This document shows positions 46,525 through 61,249 of a DNA stretch of 64,000 nt, in pieces. Numbering within the stretch: position 1 is the first letter of the stretch; each line of letters opens with the position of its first letter. The notes under the pieces were generated by a model. The model was not told the DNA's origin. It saw only the letters and a list, made by a program, of their open reading frames with translations, and did no database searches. The stretch comes from Eledone cirrhosa (lineage: Eukaryota). The stretch covers positions 51,088,001-51,152,000 of the forward strand of contig OZ024745.1 in the NCBI GenBank assembly GCA_964016885.1. The letters run 5' to 3'. The translations under genes and the position numbers were made by a program.

Positions 46525-48658
46525 CACGGGTTCAATCGGGGTTAACCACAATAAGTAAGATACTCAATACATTGTAGAGTATATGCAATATTTAATATAG
46601 AAATGGCTTCTACAGGACTAGAACAGTTTCTCACACGCACACACACACACACATATATATATATATGTGTGTGTGTATGTGTGTCTGTGTGTGTGTTTGT
46701 GAATGGGTGTGTGTGTATCTGTATGTGTGTTCTTGAGTCTATGGACATTTCTAAAATTTGGTGGATTCGTGCGGTCACCGTAGAGATATAGGGAGTTTTG
46801 GGGCGCACCTAAAATGTGGCGGTGTCCATATACCCATTCCAAGTTTGTACGCAATACTGAATGAATAGAACTAAACATGTACACCAAGTCCGAACACAGA
46901 GGAGCCGAACTCCCACTGACATCACCTTGGTCTCTCTCGCCCTCCGCATCTCTCACTATTATGACCAAATGGGGTCCCACGCGTAGGCCGCCCCATGGCC
47001 CTGGAACACAGAATGAAGAAGGCTTTTCCCAGGGGGATGGTGACGGAAATACGCTAGAAGAGCCATTTCATCTCGCGAGGCTCACACGTGTGGCTAGCTA
47101 GCTCAATGCCTATGGTCTCCAATGCTTAGGCTTCGACTGCAAACCTGTCGGAGAGCGACCGATACTTGGAGAGTTTACACTTCTCAACCCGATATGAAAT
47201 TTAAAAAACTCAAACGACTTCGTTTATAATATCATCCCATTTACAGGGTCCTTTAACTGACAGTAAAGGCGAAAGTCAAGGAAAGGCGTAATTGAACAGA
47301 CGTGGAGCGACAGGATGGGACAAAGAACAGAAAGGAACTTTTTTTTCCCGAACGTATCTAGTTAAAGTTCGGGATAGAGCACAAATAACAGGCCCCATTT
47401 GACTGTATATATGATGAGAATAGCAGATGACAAGAAGAAATAATTGTTTCTATATATGGCCCAAGGCCAAGAAATAATGATAGCTTATATTGTTATCAAT
47501 ATTCTTAGTAATATGTTTTGGATAATGAGGCGAACAAAGCAGGAAAACAGAGATGGGGACAGGGAGACTGTAAAAACTATATGTGTATGTGTTTCTCTGG
47601 TACATGTTCAATGTAATATAATTAGAGTGTTTCCCGTCAGACGAGAACATGTTTGCCAATGTGGGTAACAGTAGGTAAGTAATCAAAAATGTTTGAGCAT
47701 ATAAATATAGACAAATGAAAACATGAAATAAATAAATTCACGACGCCTGCAACTGGCTAAGTCGATTCATATTTCTTACGCTCAATCACTAAAATATTAT
47801 AGAAACCAGTGATTTGAGAAAAAAAAAGGAAAGAAAATAAATTCAGAAAAGTAATGTATATTTTCATATTTACAGAATATACGCGTAATATGACAGACAA
47901 AATGCAACAGAACGTCTGAAGAAATCTATCTATATCGATCCGGATATAAAAACCTTACTGGATATACTGCAAATTTTGTTCTTACCGTCAGATTAACGAG
48001 GAAATGCAGCTCAGCAGCCCTGAGCGGAGGCTTATCTTGAAGAACACCTTATTAATGCCGGCTTTAACACCGGAAGTGAACAACGAAAACCTGTGTACAA
48101 AATTGTTCCTTGTGCGTCTGTTCTACACGTAACCAGACGCTCACGTCACACCAGAAAGCTAAGATAATCGCTAGGATATTGAGTGAAAATTCCTCTTGAA
48201 GGGGCCGTGGAACAGGGGAAATGGAAGGGGGACAGGACGGTCATGGCCTCCCTAATAATTATATAAATATCCAAACACACATCTATTTGTATATGCGCTG
48301 CAATTTATGTACATATTATGTAGATATAGATGGGAGAGATGGATATAGATATATATAGAGGCAGAGTTTCGAGAGGGATTGGAAGAGAGTTCCGTATAGT
48401 AGATGTAAAGAGGGGGAGAGTTTGGTGTTAATTGATATAGAGAGGGGTATTATTGGTGCGTTATTGACGGGTGTGAGAAAAGCACTCAATATCGAAATAG
48501 ATTTTAAATATTCATTTATTGCTAAGAGTAATCTTAGCGTCACTGCTTAGTCACAATAAAATAATATCTATATATCCAGAGGTTAGCACAAATTCAATTT
48601 ATATAGATCGTTATACTTTATATATATATATGTATTTGTGTGTGTGTTTACATATATG

Positions 48659-48689
<31 letters not shown>

Positions 48690-49223
48690 TACAATTTAAA
48701 AATTAAAAAAATATATGATCAACACTACTGTGTTTTTTTTGCAAAATGACAATAATTTTTTAGCCAGATAGAAATACCTTAATTTAAGTACATATAGTCC
48801 GTCTGTATCGATCTAGAGAATTTTAAATATTAAATCTATACTTACAGACGTAAAATGGCAACTGCCTGGTGCCTAGACAAGTTTAAATTTCAAAATTCAA
48901 ACCTTTTCAGCAGATCGGGCGGAACTTCAAAACATAAACCTGTTTCACAAGGGATGTTATACTAATAAAATAATTAATTAATTACGGAACAACTATTTAT
49001 AAAATAATTATTAGTGAAGTAATCAATTTTCTGTGATCTTCGGTAGGCACCCAGAAATTAAAATCACTTCTCCTAAGATAGTATCTTAAGACTGATCTGT
49101 CGCAAGCCTAATACATGTGCTTTGCACACGACCTTCTCAGCATTGTGGTTCATATCCATGGCGCTAGAAATAACAGCCGTGAATGTGTGATTATGAATTC
49201 ATTTGTAAATGACTACTAAACTG

Positions 49224-49273
<50 letters not shown>

Positions 49274-49275
49274 TA

Positions 49276-49380
<105 letters not shown>

Positions 49381-49382
49381 AT

Positions 49383-50547
49383 ATTGGTTATGTGTATACG
49401 TGAGTTTTGCGTCTGTGTGAGTATGCGGTTTCGTAAGTATGTAGGGTGTGTGTATATGTGTACTTTGTGTTTTGGTTGACGTACGTCCGCGAACATATGT
49501 GTTTTTACATGTAGGTATGTGTGTGCGCGCGTTATAGTTATTTACGTATTTATGTGTATATTTATATATATTATGTTACAGGCACACACATATATATAAT
49601 TTTATATATATTTTATATAATTTATATAATTTTATATATAATTTATATAATTTTATATATAATTTTATATATAATTTTATATATAATTTTATATATAATT
49701 TATATAATTTTATATATAATTTATATAATTTTATATATAATTTTATATATAATTTTATATATAATTTATATAATTTTATATATATTTTTATGTCTATTTG
49801 GCGTATACGTTTGTATGATTGCGGGTACAGGCGTGTGTGGGTTCTGTATGTGCGTGTTTTTTTTTCTTTTGTGTAAGTGCTCGTATTTGCATACCCATGT
49901 CGAGTGTTTTGCGTATGCTTGTGTACGTACGTATATGGATGCGTGTATGTGCATATTTATTTTGAATTACCTCTGTATTTTATTTACTTTATTCTTAACT
50001 CTGAAGCCGAGAATTATTCGGTTTCCTAAATAGAATTTTAGTCTACGACTTCAGTTATACCATTTACGTGGTTTTGTCTTTGCGTGTTATTGTTCTCACC
50101 GCCCCACACCATGACGTATTATCTTCGTTTTTTCCGTTCATTGCCAGAGAACGTCTCCATGACCACCTAATAGAATATTAGTCTACGACTTCATTTATAC
50201 CATAAACGTGGTTTTGTCTTTGCGTGTAATTGTTTTCACCGCACCAAATAATCACGTATTATCTTCGTTTTTTCCCTTTGCCAGGGAACGTTTCCACGAA
50301 CCAAAGTATCATCTTCGTGTCTTCCTTCGGTTGCAACGTTTTTTGAAATATTTACTTCTGCGTTCACAGATTGACTTTTTTAGTTTCAGAAGATCCCGTT
50401 AAGGGTGAAAGCAGCGATTCTTTGCTTAAACTTTAATCTGTTATTTTAATAAATATTTGCTCTACGGTTCTTATATATCTGATATATATTTATCCTTATA
50501 GAGCCCTCTTTGGATTTTAGTCTTCAAATTTATTATTATTATTACTA
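49383..50547 (+). mobile_element. Family D element, single orientation, with full tail
   Basis: Homologous to the 35123-35848 arm plus tail. HHR-like motif at 50382-50432 and an internal minisatellite. Confidence 0.8.
49585..49790. repeat. TATATAATTT(TA) 10-12 bp minisatellite
   Basis: Tandem units directly visible. Confidence 0.9.
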
Positions 50548-50721
50548 TCGGTAGAGGGTCGGACACCATGATTTGACGCATAGAGTTACAGGCCCTTGCC
50601 ATTCTGAGTTCAAATCCCGCCGAGGTTAACTTTGCCTTTCATCCTTACGGGGTCGATAAAATAAAGTACCAGTAATGCACTGGGTAATTGCTGGCCTTGT
50701 GCCTAAAGTAGAAATAATTAT

Positions 50722-50725
<4 letters not shown>
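50547..50725 (+). mobile_element. Meta/MESC-domain tRNA-derived SINE
   Basis: B-box GAGTTCAAATCC, then CTTTGCCTTTCATCCTTACGGGGTCGATAAAATAAAGTACCAG and an ATTATT tail. Confidence 0.75.
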
Positions 50726-50790
<65 letters not shown>

Positions 50791-50796
<6 letters not shown>

Positions 50797-51230
50797 CACG
50801 GGTGTGTATGATTGTGTATAGAAGATTATATTAATAAAAGGAATTCCAAATTTGTCTGATTTACTCGTTTTATTTACAATCCTTTAAAATGTATAATGAT
50901 ATTAGAATGAAATAGTATGGTAGAATATTAAACGTTAAGTGTTAATTGAACAAGTACTTTCATGCTTTCGCAATCTTCAGGTTCATATTCTCTGGTGACA
51001 GTCAAGTTTGCAATTTTCACATGTGGAAATTCAACTGTGGAAATTCAACAGTTGAAAATTGCAAACTTGACTGTCACCACAGAATATGAACCTGAAGATT
51101 CCGAAAGCATGAAAGTACTTGTTCAATTAACACTTAACATTTAAATTCTACCATACTATTTCATTCTAATACCATTATACATTTTAAAGGATTGTAAATA
51201 AAACGAGTAAATCAGACAAAGTTGAAATTC

Positions 51231-51237
<7 letters not shown>
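50791..51237. mobile_element. Fold-back element, family G
   Basis: Arms 50834-51019 and ~51053-51237, spacer with duplicated TGTGGAAATTCAAC, ~43-bp left tail, TA flanks. Confidence 0.8.
50947..50985 (-). ncRNA. Canonical minimal hammerhead motif
   Basis: TGAAC-CTGAAGA-T-TGC(gaaa)GCA-T-GAAA-GTAC-TT-GTTCA. The mirror at 51087-51125 (+) has one stem II mismatch. Confidence 0.8.
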
Positions 51238-51284
<47 letters not shown>

Positions 51285-51530
51285 TCACAGAAGAGGTCAC
51301 AGAATGTGTGACGAAAGAACTTTGACAGTATATAAACAACCATCTGGTTGTGGAACCAACCAACCGGAAATTTATAAATTCCTAAATTTATAAATTTATT
51401 ATAATAAATTGAAGTGAAAGCAACTGGTGCGTGTGTTTCTTATTGGCAACATGACCCTCCCAAAGTATAACAATATCGGTTTCAACACACGTTTTCAGAT
51501 AAAGAATCTTGCTAAACAAATTCAGAAACG

Positions 51531-51533
<3 letters not shown>
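51285..51533 (+). mobile_element. Solo pLTR fragment of a family related to element B
   Basis: ATG 51451 encodes [24 protein letters not shown] vs [28 protein letters not shown]-like motif at 51285-51325 followed by TATATAAA. TA flanks. Confidence 0.8.
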
Positions 51534-51575
<42 letters not shown>

Positions 51576-51999
51576 GTATGTATGTAAACATATATATGGT
51601 ATTTATATACAATCGAAAGTGTATGTCAAAACCCTCTTTGATATTTAGTTGAGTACAATTACCTTCAAGGTTGACTGAATTCCTCTTTCAATGGGCATCC
51701 ACTTATGTGAGGCGTTTTCCCTCTATAAGAAATCAACATATGTATACATACGTGTATTTTGATATACACAAAAATCTCCCTCTTTCCAAATGTCTATTTC
51801 TAAAAGTTAATTTTATTGAAATTATATCATGTGTACCGCAAAGTGCCGGTCACTCTGCAGAATTTTTTCGCTGAAAAACAAGTTTTAACACACGTCATTT
51901 TTTCACAGTTAAACAGTTTTCCCTTTCCTTTTGACATGTACATGTACAGTGAGCTGTTTCAAATTACAGCACGGCCTTCCACATTTATCTGACTACTTT

Positions 52000-52621
52000 C
52001 AATATTTCAATATTGTATATCCATCTTGTGGAACATATTATAGGGGTATATTGTTAGCAATGTTTTGATTTTCATGTCAATATTCTGTAATTCTTGGGTG
52101 TTCCAGCTAATTAGAAATGCCCTCTATAAACAATGGTCGATACAGCACGTGATCTGTAACCATCCAGGTGGGATTTTAATGTTTCCCTTATCTTTATGTA
52201 TTTATTTCCCAGTTCGTTTTTCACACGTTTTCTTTTATGCTTTTAGAACTCCTATGTACTTGTACCCAGTTTCTTTATCTACTCACTTTATATTTCCCCC
52301 TGTAGGAAACTTAATTCCTTCTAGCTCGAACATTTTGCCTCTTTTGATAGTAACATACCACGCATGTTAAATCCCATTCCATTATTATGTCCTCACTGAA
52401 TACTTTTTCACAAAAGTGTCAAGCTGATTCCTGTTCTTACTGGATAATTTCATGTCACCCATGAATAATACGTAATTCATTTGTTTTTGTTCACCATATC
52501 CTGCTGCTACCGTTCTCAGGATATGGGTCATAGAGATCAGATTTATTATAAATAGTAAAGATGATGGTCTGTCCCCTTCAAATATACCTATCGCCATTCT
52601 AATTCTTCCAAATTCAAGCAA
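52000..52621 (-). pseudogene. Decayed non-LTR RT fragment (R4/Dong-like)
   Basis: GIFEGDRPSSLLFII and MNYVLFMGDMKL resemble GIFQGDxLSPLLF and INHLLFMDDLKL. Downstream frame has GYKYIGVL. Confidence 0.6.
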
Positions 52622-53499
52622 AGACCAGGATTGGGTGACTGACCTCTGGAATATTGTCAGGTGTTCTCAGTTCTGTCGAGCAGCGAAGTCAGTCTAACTT
52701 CCACTTTGATAATGGACTAGTGGGGATGAAAACCAACGACGCTCTTCACCAAACTATGTCGTTTATGAACATCAACTAACTCTTTAGACCGCAAACTATG
52801 GAGACTTTTCAGAAATATCTCTTCTGGCAGCGCTGTTGAATAACTTTACCGGCTGGAGATAACATCTACACAGAAGTGCGGTCATCTGGGACTGTCCTAG
52901 TAGCACACAGGCTGGCGCAACCGCTTTTGTTCAATGTTCGAGAATTGCTGATTTGTGGTGCATTGTTGACCCGCTGTTGTCCCGTTTGTGGTAGATCCAT
53001 AAAGATTGACCTAGAAACTTCCTATGGTCGTGATCAGCAGTCAGTTTTACTCAGTTTGCTGGCTTATACAAACGTTGTTGTGTGGTGGAAGCGATAAACA
53101 AAACTGAGCATTCTTTCAGCTGTACACTTCTGACCTTCTTCAAGTTCAATTGGAAAGGAACGTGGGTATGAAGGACATTTCTAAAACCCAGTAAATTTGT
53201 AGAAACATGGGTCAAATTTATATATAAGCGACTGGACATATTCTAAGCATATGCCTCTACGCCGAGTGAATATAACTGAGAGAGGACATTTGTCATTGTT
53301 GTTCAGGGTATATCAAGTTTCAAGGAGTTTCATTGACCCAACGTAGTCTTTTCCCCCTATTGGTTATTACCCTTCTTGTATTTTTTTTTTGGGGGGGGGG
53401 GTATTCATTGCTATTGTTGTATCTCATTTTTACACGACCTCACATGCTTGTTGCTTTTCCTTGTAACGTTCTCATCATTTTCTGCCCTTGTAGAAAATA

Positions 53500-53900
53500 A
53501 AAGAATATTCTTATTCTTATTATTATTATCCTTATTAATATTATTGATAGGTTTGCGTAGTGAATATGATAATAACATGTTGAGTCTCAACAAACTCATC
53601 AGGAAAACAGCACATTCTTGAGTGCTCAGTATATCAGTATTTTTAGGAGAACAATTTGGAATTGAAAGTGCATTTGCTTAACATATTCTTTTAATGTTAG
53701 GGGTATCGATTCCAAAGATCCAGTGGCAACTGCTATTAGGTGATATTGGTTTCATTCGGGCAATTTCAGTATACGTTCTTATTTTTTTCAATTTCTTTCA
53801 AGGCTATGTGATGGTCTTTGGGGTGGTATGATCAATAAGCCTATTTCTGTACACAATATAAATATAAGGCGTGTTCTGTTTGAGAAAGAGAAGACATTGC
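53500..53900 (-). mobile_element. Possible 3' end of an RLE-type LINE, heavily decayed
   Basis: LID..P-like and VxxGxL-like remnants with stops, followed by a (TAA)n-like tail. Confidence 0.3.
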
Positions 53901-54342
53901 ATCATATAGTTTGAAAAGATAGAAAGTCTATTTGGGACTGACACGAGGCTAAACAATGTTGACTTGATGTTCAACAACAAGGTTTAAGAAGATGTATTTA
54001 GGTCATTGATGTTTAATTCCAGGCCAATTCTCATTGAGATGAAATAAGATAGAGAGATAAGTGTTTCTCGCTGTGACTATCACTTCTATTTTAAGTGTCT
54101 GAGACTACTTGATATAGTCTCTCCTTTTTCGAAAGAAAGACTTCATATATTATTTAAGGGAGATTTAGCAGATATATTCATGACTTAGAAGCCAATAAGT
54201 TGCTGTTATTGTTTAAACTCGCATTAATGCGGAATACGTAATCATAGGTATAATTTACAGCTGAAAGATACGGTTACATTGTTAAATGTATGAGTGATTT
54301 GATTAAGGATTGTTCGGAGGAACTTAAGTGTGTCATGTCTAT

Positions 54343-54445
54343 GTGACGTAGTATAGTTAATTAAGAGGTTTGCTTCTCAATTACGAGGTATTAGGTTCAC
54401 TCCTATAGCAGGGCATTTTCGGCAAGAGCCTTTTACCATAGACTA
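54343..54445 (+). mobile_element. Decayed CORE-type SINE
   Basis: tRNA-like head with GGTTCACTCC, then GGCA....GGCAAG.G.CTT.TAC.ATAG. A reverse relative lies at ~55520-55615. Confidence 0.45.
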
Positions 54446-57400
54446 TGAAACTGTGTACACTGAAAGGTCAAACCTTGTCATACACTGAGTCTCGCAGAGA
54501 CTGTCGGACAGTTATGGCATAATTGTCAGTCATTTACCCAACGATGAGCAGATAGATCTGTTGATGGACCAACTCTATACTCATCGTCTAAACTTACGGA
54601 TATCTATTTAGTATGGCTACACACATCCAGAAATGAAAATGGTTTCGGTGTATGTCGCTTAGAGTAACAACCATCTATAAAGCAAGCAAAAACCTATTGA
54701 AATGTAGATGTAATTGCAACATGGCATTACATTCTTAAATTGCTCTATATAATAGATTTCATGACATAACTTTAGTTCATTGCATTCAAGTTAGACACAA
54801 GAACATACATATGAAAAAGGAGTGATCAAGGCTGGGTTCTCTTTGATAATAATTCGAATCGATAAAGATTAACCCTAACTAAGCAACAGTCTAATCTTGA
54901 GGTAACGATGTAAACAGACATGAGTAGACTATGTTATTCTGTTGTAGTGCAGACCGAAATATATATATAACTGGAAGAGGGACCAGATTTTCCCTCTAAA
55001 TATATGATTATATTTTGTAAAATGATTATTGAAGGTATCCGTCGCCCTGTTATTTGAGACCCACTCACGAATGCCGTTAGATTTGTGTCTTCTTTATTCC
55101 AAGTAAGAGAGGAATTTCACAGAAATGATTAATTTCCAACCTTAGCGAAAACAAAATTAAAACTTTCTAAGCAAGCAAGATGACAGCTAAATAACAGTTA
55201 AGTTAGTGTTAACGTGTTTAATGTATGGTTCAGCTAACTATAGCTACAATATATTATATGGCTAGAAGAAAACAACATTAGTTATTGACTAAATAAATGG
55301 ATAACCGTCGATTTCAACGATGCCTATTCAGTTATTTGATCAACTAACCGACATACTGAATCTGTATGTAAAGATATGTGCAACGCTACCGTAATCTTAT
55401 AGAAGAAGTAGTATACCACAGGGTGTGACAAACCTGGACATTTGCATTACTACTTTAATTTATCAGATGGTTTTCTGCGCAGTTTATGTCTAATTTGACT
55501 CACAAGGCTTGCATCTATGAGAAGCTATAATAAACACCACTTGCCTAAGGTGCCATAGAGTGAAATCGAACGCAAATACCCATGATTGTAAAACGAATTT
55601 CCCCAAAAAATCAGCCTTGTGTCCGTCATTTATTTCTGCTGTTTTGATTGAAACATGTTTACACTAACGCAACTACTGTATTTCTTCTCTTCGTGCGGAT
55701 CGTGTCTACGAGAAATGTAATCTCTAAATATCTGATATAAATTTGACAACTGACAGTTTGACATATTTCTTCTTTATTTGTTGAAGCATTTCTCACTCGT
55801 TATCACCCCTCAGACAAGATGTTGAAGCCAACGGTTAATAGAGTTAGAATGAAAGGAACAATGCAATACAGCGGAATGGTTCAGAGAAGGTTGTAGCTAG
55901 ACTACTCTTGTTGAATCCCTCAAAAGGGTTGTTAATTTACGAAAGGTATTCATGCGAGATAATGAAAATAAGACTACCCCAGAGGGATTTGAATTCTCCT
56001 GTTACACGACACCACGGCTTAATGGTCATTATAATACGTATTACCCACAGTTGCTAATTCCTATGCGCACACGCATTGAAATATGTCAAGTAGATGTTCT
56101 CTGCTATAAATAGCAGCTAAATATACCTCAAATTACAAACGACGTTTTTTTTTTAAAAATAGAATCACTCATTTGATAAGGTGGCTTAGAATATATAAAC
56201 AATGGATGGTCACGGCTGGAAAGCATTAGTTATATATATGCAAATACATATTATTCTATAACTGGATTCTCCACGGTGCTCAATATTTCGCATAGCTTTG
56301 TTCTATCGAAGAGAGATAATTATCTACAATTAAATATACTTTACTCTATATTATTTTCAATCTATCTATTCTTCTATTCTGGATCTCGACATCCTTTGCT
56401 ACCGAACGTAGTAGAAAGTGTAGGATCGTTTTATGACACATAAGGTGTATCGAGGTTTATTTGGAAGTGTGATAGTACAGTGAACGAATCATGTGTAAGG
56501 GATTTAATTTTGACTGATCTATGCTAAGTGATGCATATATTCAGAGATAATGTCACTTGAAGATGATTGGGAAACTTAATATTATCTTTGTTTATATTAT
56601 ACTGCAGGATACAAGAAAGATCTGCCGAGAATTTCCTGGCTCTAAGGATATAGTGAAAGTCAGTGGTTGAGGGTGAAAATCGTGTCAGGAAGAATTTCTA
56701 ATTGAACGCAGTTTTGGAAAGCAAAACTAGTCTGTGGGTTAAGTACAATATAAAATGCAGGAAGGCCGAAAGATGTGGGGATTGATCGGCTTTAAACAGA
56801 AGTAAAGTACCCTGCGAAACCTCCCAAAAAGCAGAAACCACAGGGCATTGAGTAGTGGCTAAAGAGTTATGGTCAGTGGGGATTTTATTTATTTAATGAC
56901 ATCTTTGGGATCTCAGCCAGTGAATGTGAATCACTGAAATAAAGAAAGGGAATGTATATATAAGCGTATGTGTGCGCGTGTATATGTGAGTGATTGACGC
57001 GTGAGTGTGTATATATGTATGTTGGTGTGTGTTTGCGTATGTGTGCGTGTAATAGAGAAGGATAGATAGATAGATAGATACATAAATAGATAGATATATA
57101 GAGAGGAGAGAGCCTCATCGGATAGGTCTGTATTCACATAGGTTTTTAAATATCTTATTCTGATTCTATGGTTGAAGTAATTTTTGGACCTCAAATAAAT
57201 CATTTGGAATAACCGTGCCTATGTGATATGTATTAGCGCCATCAAATATCGTCAAGGACAGCAAGGCATTCAATATTAAAATATCACTGTGGCGTTTTTA
57301 TGTGTTTTCGTTAGAACATATGTAATATTTAAAGTAAGTTTCTTGAGATGTGTTTGGGGCTTTTACAAAAAGATAGGATGTCATGTTGATGTTGAAGCAT

Positions 57401-57854
57401 ATTGCCGAAGGCCTTTTGCATGGAGATGAATGTGTATGTCGGAAGAATTGGGCATTGTTTGCGACTGGAAATTGAGCAAAGAATATGAGAAAGAAGTAAC
57501 CTATGTTTCCATCATTCCAATCAAAACACAGTGTGGAAATAGTTACAAATAATAAAGTTAATAGGACTCTAGAACTATCCGGAAATTAAAAATCTACATA
57601 ATCATTAAAGGTAACATTTGTACCAGAGACTGGTCATTAAAACATATAGTGATCATCCACATCCTTATATCAGAAATGTAAGAAATAAAATGCAGTGGAG
57701 CTAAAATCTTCCTAAAAAAAAACGAGTCACAGATGGAAATCATATGACCATGACTGCTTGATCAAGGTTGACAAGGGGATAAACAACAACAACAACAACG
57801 GCAGCAACTTCTACTACTACTTGGCGTTGTATATATATATATATATATATATAT

Positions 57855-60040
57855 CCACGGCCTAAACAACTTCCTAGATATTCGGCTTAAACCTTTCCTA
57901 AAACACATAAAATGCTTCATAAGGGACGACCTTGACATGCTCAACCACCTCCCAACAACACTCAATAATGAACATACCCTACTAATAACCTTTGATGTCA
58001 TCAATCTATATTCCAATAACCCACACAACCTAGGTATAGAGGCAATACAATTCTGGCTTGAAAATTTCCCTAGTGAACTCCGACAGCGCATCCCTAAAGA
58101 ATTTGTGTTGGAGGGACTCAAATTCATCTTGGAAAACAACTTCTTTGAATTCGATGCCAAATACTACAGACAGAAATCTGGGACTGCCATGGGCACGAAA
58201 GTAGCCCCCTCATACGCCAACCTTGTCATGGGATATTTGGAAACCACTCTCTACCGCAAAGTTCTAGACAAATACGGTAACCACTTCTATTTACATATAG
58301 AAAAAAACTGGAAGAGCTATCTGGACGACTGCTTCATCCTCTGGCATGAAAGTATAGAAAGACTGATTGAGTTTAAAACATTTCTAAATGGACTCAACAC
58401 AAACTTACAATTTACAATGGATTACAGCCATGAACAACTCCATTTCCTCGACATCCTCATCAAGAAAACAAGCAACAAAATAGAAACAGACATATACTAC
58501 AAACCCACAGACTCCAAACAATATCTTCCATTTAACTCGTGCCACTCTCGCCATACCAAAATGGCAATTCCTTATAACCTAGCCATAAGGATCTGCACAA
58601 TAGTTTCAGATAAAAAACACATGCTACACACGTCGAGAATATTTAAAGAACACACTTATCAGCAGAAACGACCCACCATCCCTAATCAACAATGGATTCC
58701 AACGTGCCCTAAAACTCAACATCCAGGAACTCAGACACCCCAAACCCAGGAATGAACCGCAACAGAAAACTCTACCATACATCTCCACACACAACCTCCT
58801 CAACAATGAGGCATTCGACACCATCCTCCAGAACATTCCTTTACTATAAAGAGACCCAAGAATGAACAAAATCCTCCAAACACACAACATCATAAAGAGC
58901 AAAAGAAAACCTAAATCCATAAAAAAACATCCTCACACAAGCCAAAATCCAACCAACCCTCACAATGAACCATACAGTAAAAAAATGCGGAAGGCCCAAT
59001 TGTGGTATATGCATAAATCTAACAGAAGGTTCAACATTCCATTTTAAACAAGGACAACATTTCACAGCTAAACACAACTTTACATGTGCATCTGAAAACC
59101 TAATCTATGTTTTGACCTGCTCAGGTTGTCAAGAGCACTACATAGGACAGACAAAAACAGCCTCCGACAACGTATGACCGTCCATAGATCACAAATCAAA
59201 ATGCAGGAATACAGGAAGATTGCTTTTAGTGAACATATCGCCAATTGTATACCTAACCAATATCCAAACTTTAAAATTTTCCCCATTTACAAATTCATAG
59301 ACAACGCTTCTTTCATCCATCGTACCAATACGGAAACGTACTTCATTAACAAATTCCAACCTCTATTTAATGGACTAAACTTCGGACTAATCTAAAACTG
59401 GAACGAACAATGAACCAAAACCAAATTCCTATGTTCTCTAAAGAGTTACCTCCCTCACACCCTACCAAATCCTTTTTCTTATATAGATGAATTACCCCCT
59501 CTCATTTCTCTCTCTCCTACCTGACCACCCTGAATTACCTCCCCCTGCATATTAACTCTCTAAAAAGGGAAATCATATCAAACCCCATACTACCATTTGC
59601 CTCCATCATGGATCAACTAAGCACTCTTGCCAAAATAACACATTTTGAACTGCTTATCTTCAAGAACTATGCCTGTAAATAACATTATTTTTTCTTTCCC
59701 ATTACCTTATCATGTTCCACATTACCCCCTTTTTTTCTTTTTTCTTTTCACTTCAAAAACCTTGTTTGTAAATAACATTATTCTTTGTTCCCCATTTCCT
59801 TAACAACATTTTACACCAATACAAATTCCCCCCTTTGATAATGCATAACATGCTGAAAATATATAAATAAATAAATAAATGCCATTGTTAATTAATAAAT
59901 AAATTAACTAATACCTTAACACTTCACACAAAATAAAATATTTTGTTTCAAACATATTCTAACCCAGAAAAAAGAGAAAAAAGTAAAAAGTAAAAAAAAA
60001 ACTTTCTTCATAATAATCGTCTTTTCTCTCCCTATTTTCA
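57855..60040 (+). pseudogene. 5'-truncated, frameshifted Neptune-like PLE with 3' UTR
   Basis: TFDVINLY, GTAMGTKVAPSYANL, YLDD, FLDI, YYKPTD, CGRPNCGIC, FTCASENLIYVLTC..C...YIGQT, RQRM..H, E..FI.KFQP. Starts directly after (TA)n at 57830-57854. Confidence 0.88.
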
Positions 60041-61249
60041 TATATATATATACAGTTGCATAAGACGAACAGACGACCGAGTCTTTACCTCATCAGACAC
60101 ATTGCTAGCATGCAATTTCGTGCATTAAGGTTTTATTGCATTTTTACAGCCAATTTGCGCAATATATACTTCGGTGTTCTGCTGTTATTGATAACTTCCT
60201 GATCTCTAGTCGACAATAATCATTATTGAAACATTCATAGAGGCAAGACAACTCTTTTAGGATCTGTGGCTACTTGATCAATATTTAAGATATACTTACT
60301 TTATCGACCAGGGAGCATGAAAAGTAAAGTCGACTATAATGAGATTTTAACAAATAGCAGTAGCCTAACTAAATATAACAAATCTATAGTTTCTTCTTTG
60401 CTACCATAAGGAAACTTACGAAAATAATCAGCCATAAACTATTAGAATAAATAAATAAATACTTTAATATAACACAAAAAAATGTTTGCAATTTACTGAG
60501 TGACCTGTAAGCCGGAGGGTAGCGCACTATTTCTGTCATCAAATATTATGACTGTTCTTGAACTTTAACTAATGTCCCTCTCAATATTTCAACGTATTGT
60601 TTAACGCTAGACTTATTTAGATTTAGTGTTATTTTAATATATCATTTTGATTCTAAATCCAGATGTTAGTTGAGCGGAGAAGATAAGAGGTTTTGATGAA
60701 ATTGAACACAAGGAAAATAAGTAAAAATAACATAAGGAATTAGTCCAAGTCGTAGAAATATATAGCACAATTTATGTAAAATAATGATTGAAATTGAATT
60801 CATATTTTAAAACGCTATCTCAGCACAGAAAGAAGAATAAGTATTTTAATACTTTTTGTGTTACTATTTACTGTTGAACTGCAGTCAATAGTTTGGCATT
60901 GCTCTGAAGAGTTTTGTCGATTATATCGACTCCAATAGTTTGTTATATATTTTATTGACATTGGAAAAAAAACAAAGGCAATGTTAATCAGAGATAAATG
61001 AACTATCAGTGAATATGGAATTGATTTCATTTCGTCGCCTTACACTCATGTTAAACATTCTCATCGGGATGATAAAACGGCATACTCCGTAAAGGGACGG
61101 ATAAAAATATCTAGCGATAATTTGATGCATCCACGTATGTTCTGAATTCAGATCCTGCTGACGATAATATACTGAAATTGACAGTACTTCTCCGAAATGT
61201 TTAGAAACGTGGCCATGTTAGAACTCATTATTACAAGCACGATGAGCGC

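Noticed and set aside
50505-50545. Family D tail reading LDFSLQ, similar to Hydra-like LDYSLK
   Set aside because: No ATG and no following NIPIP; too short to support.
60060-60105. CTGATGA on the minus strand (and CTGAAGA near 39707) as hammerheads
   Set aside because: No stem II plus GAAA and no stem I pairing.
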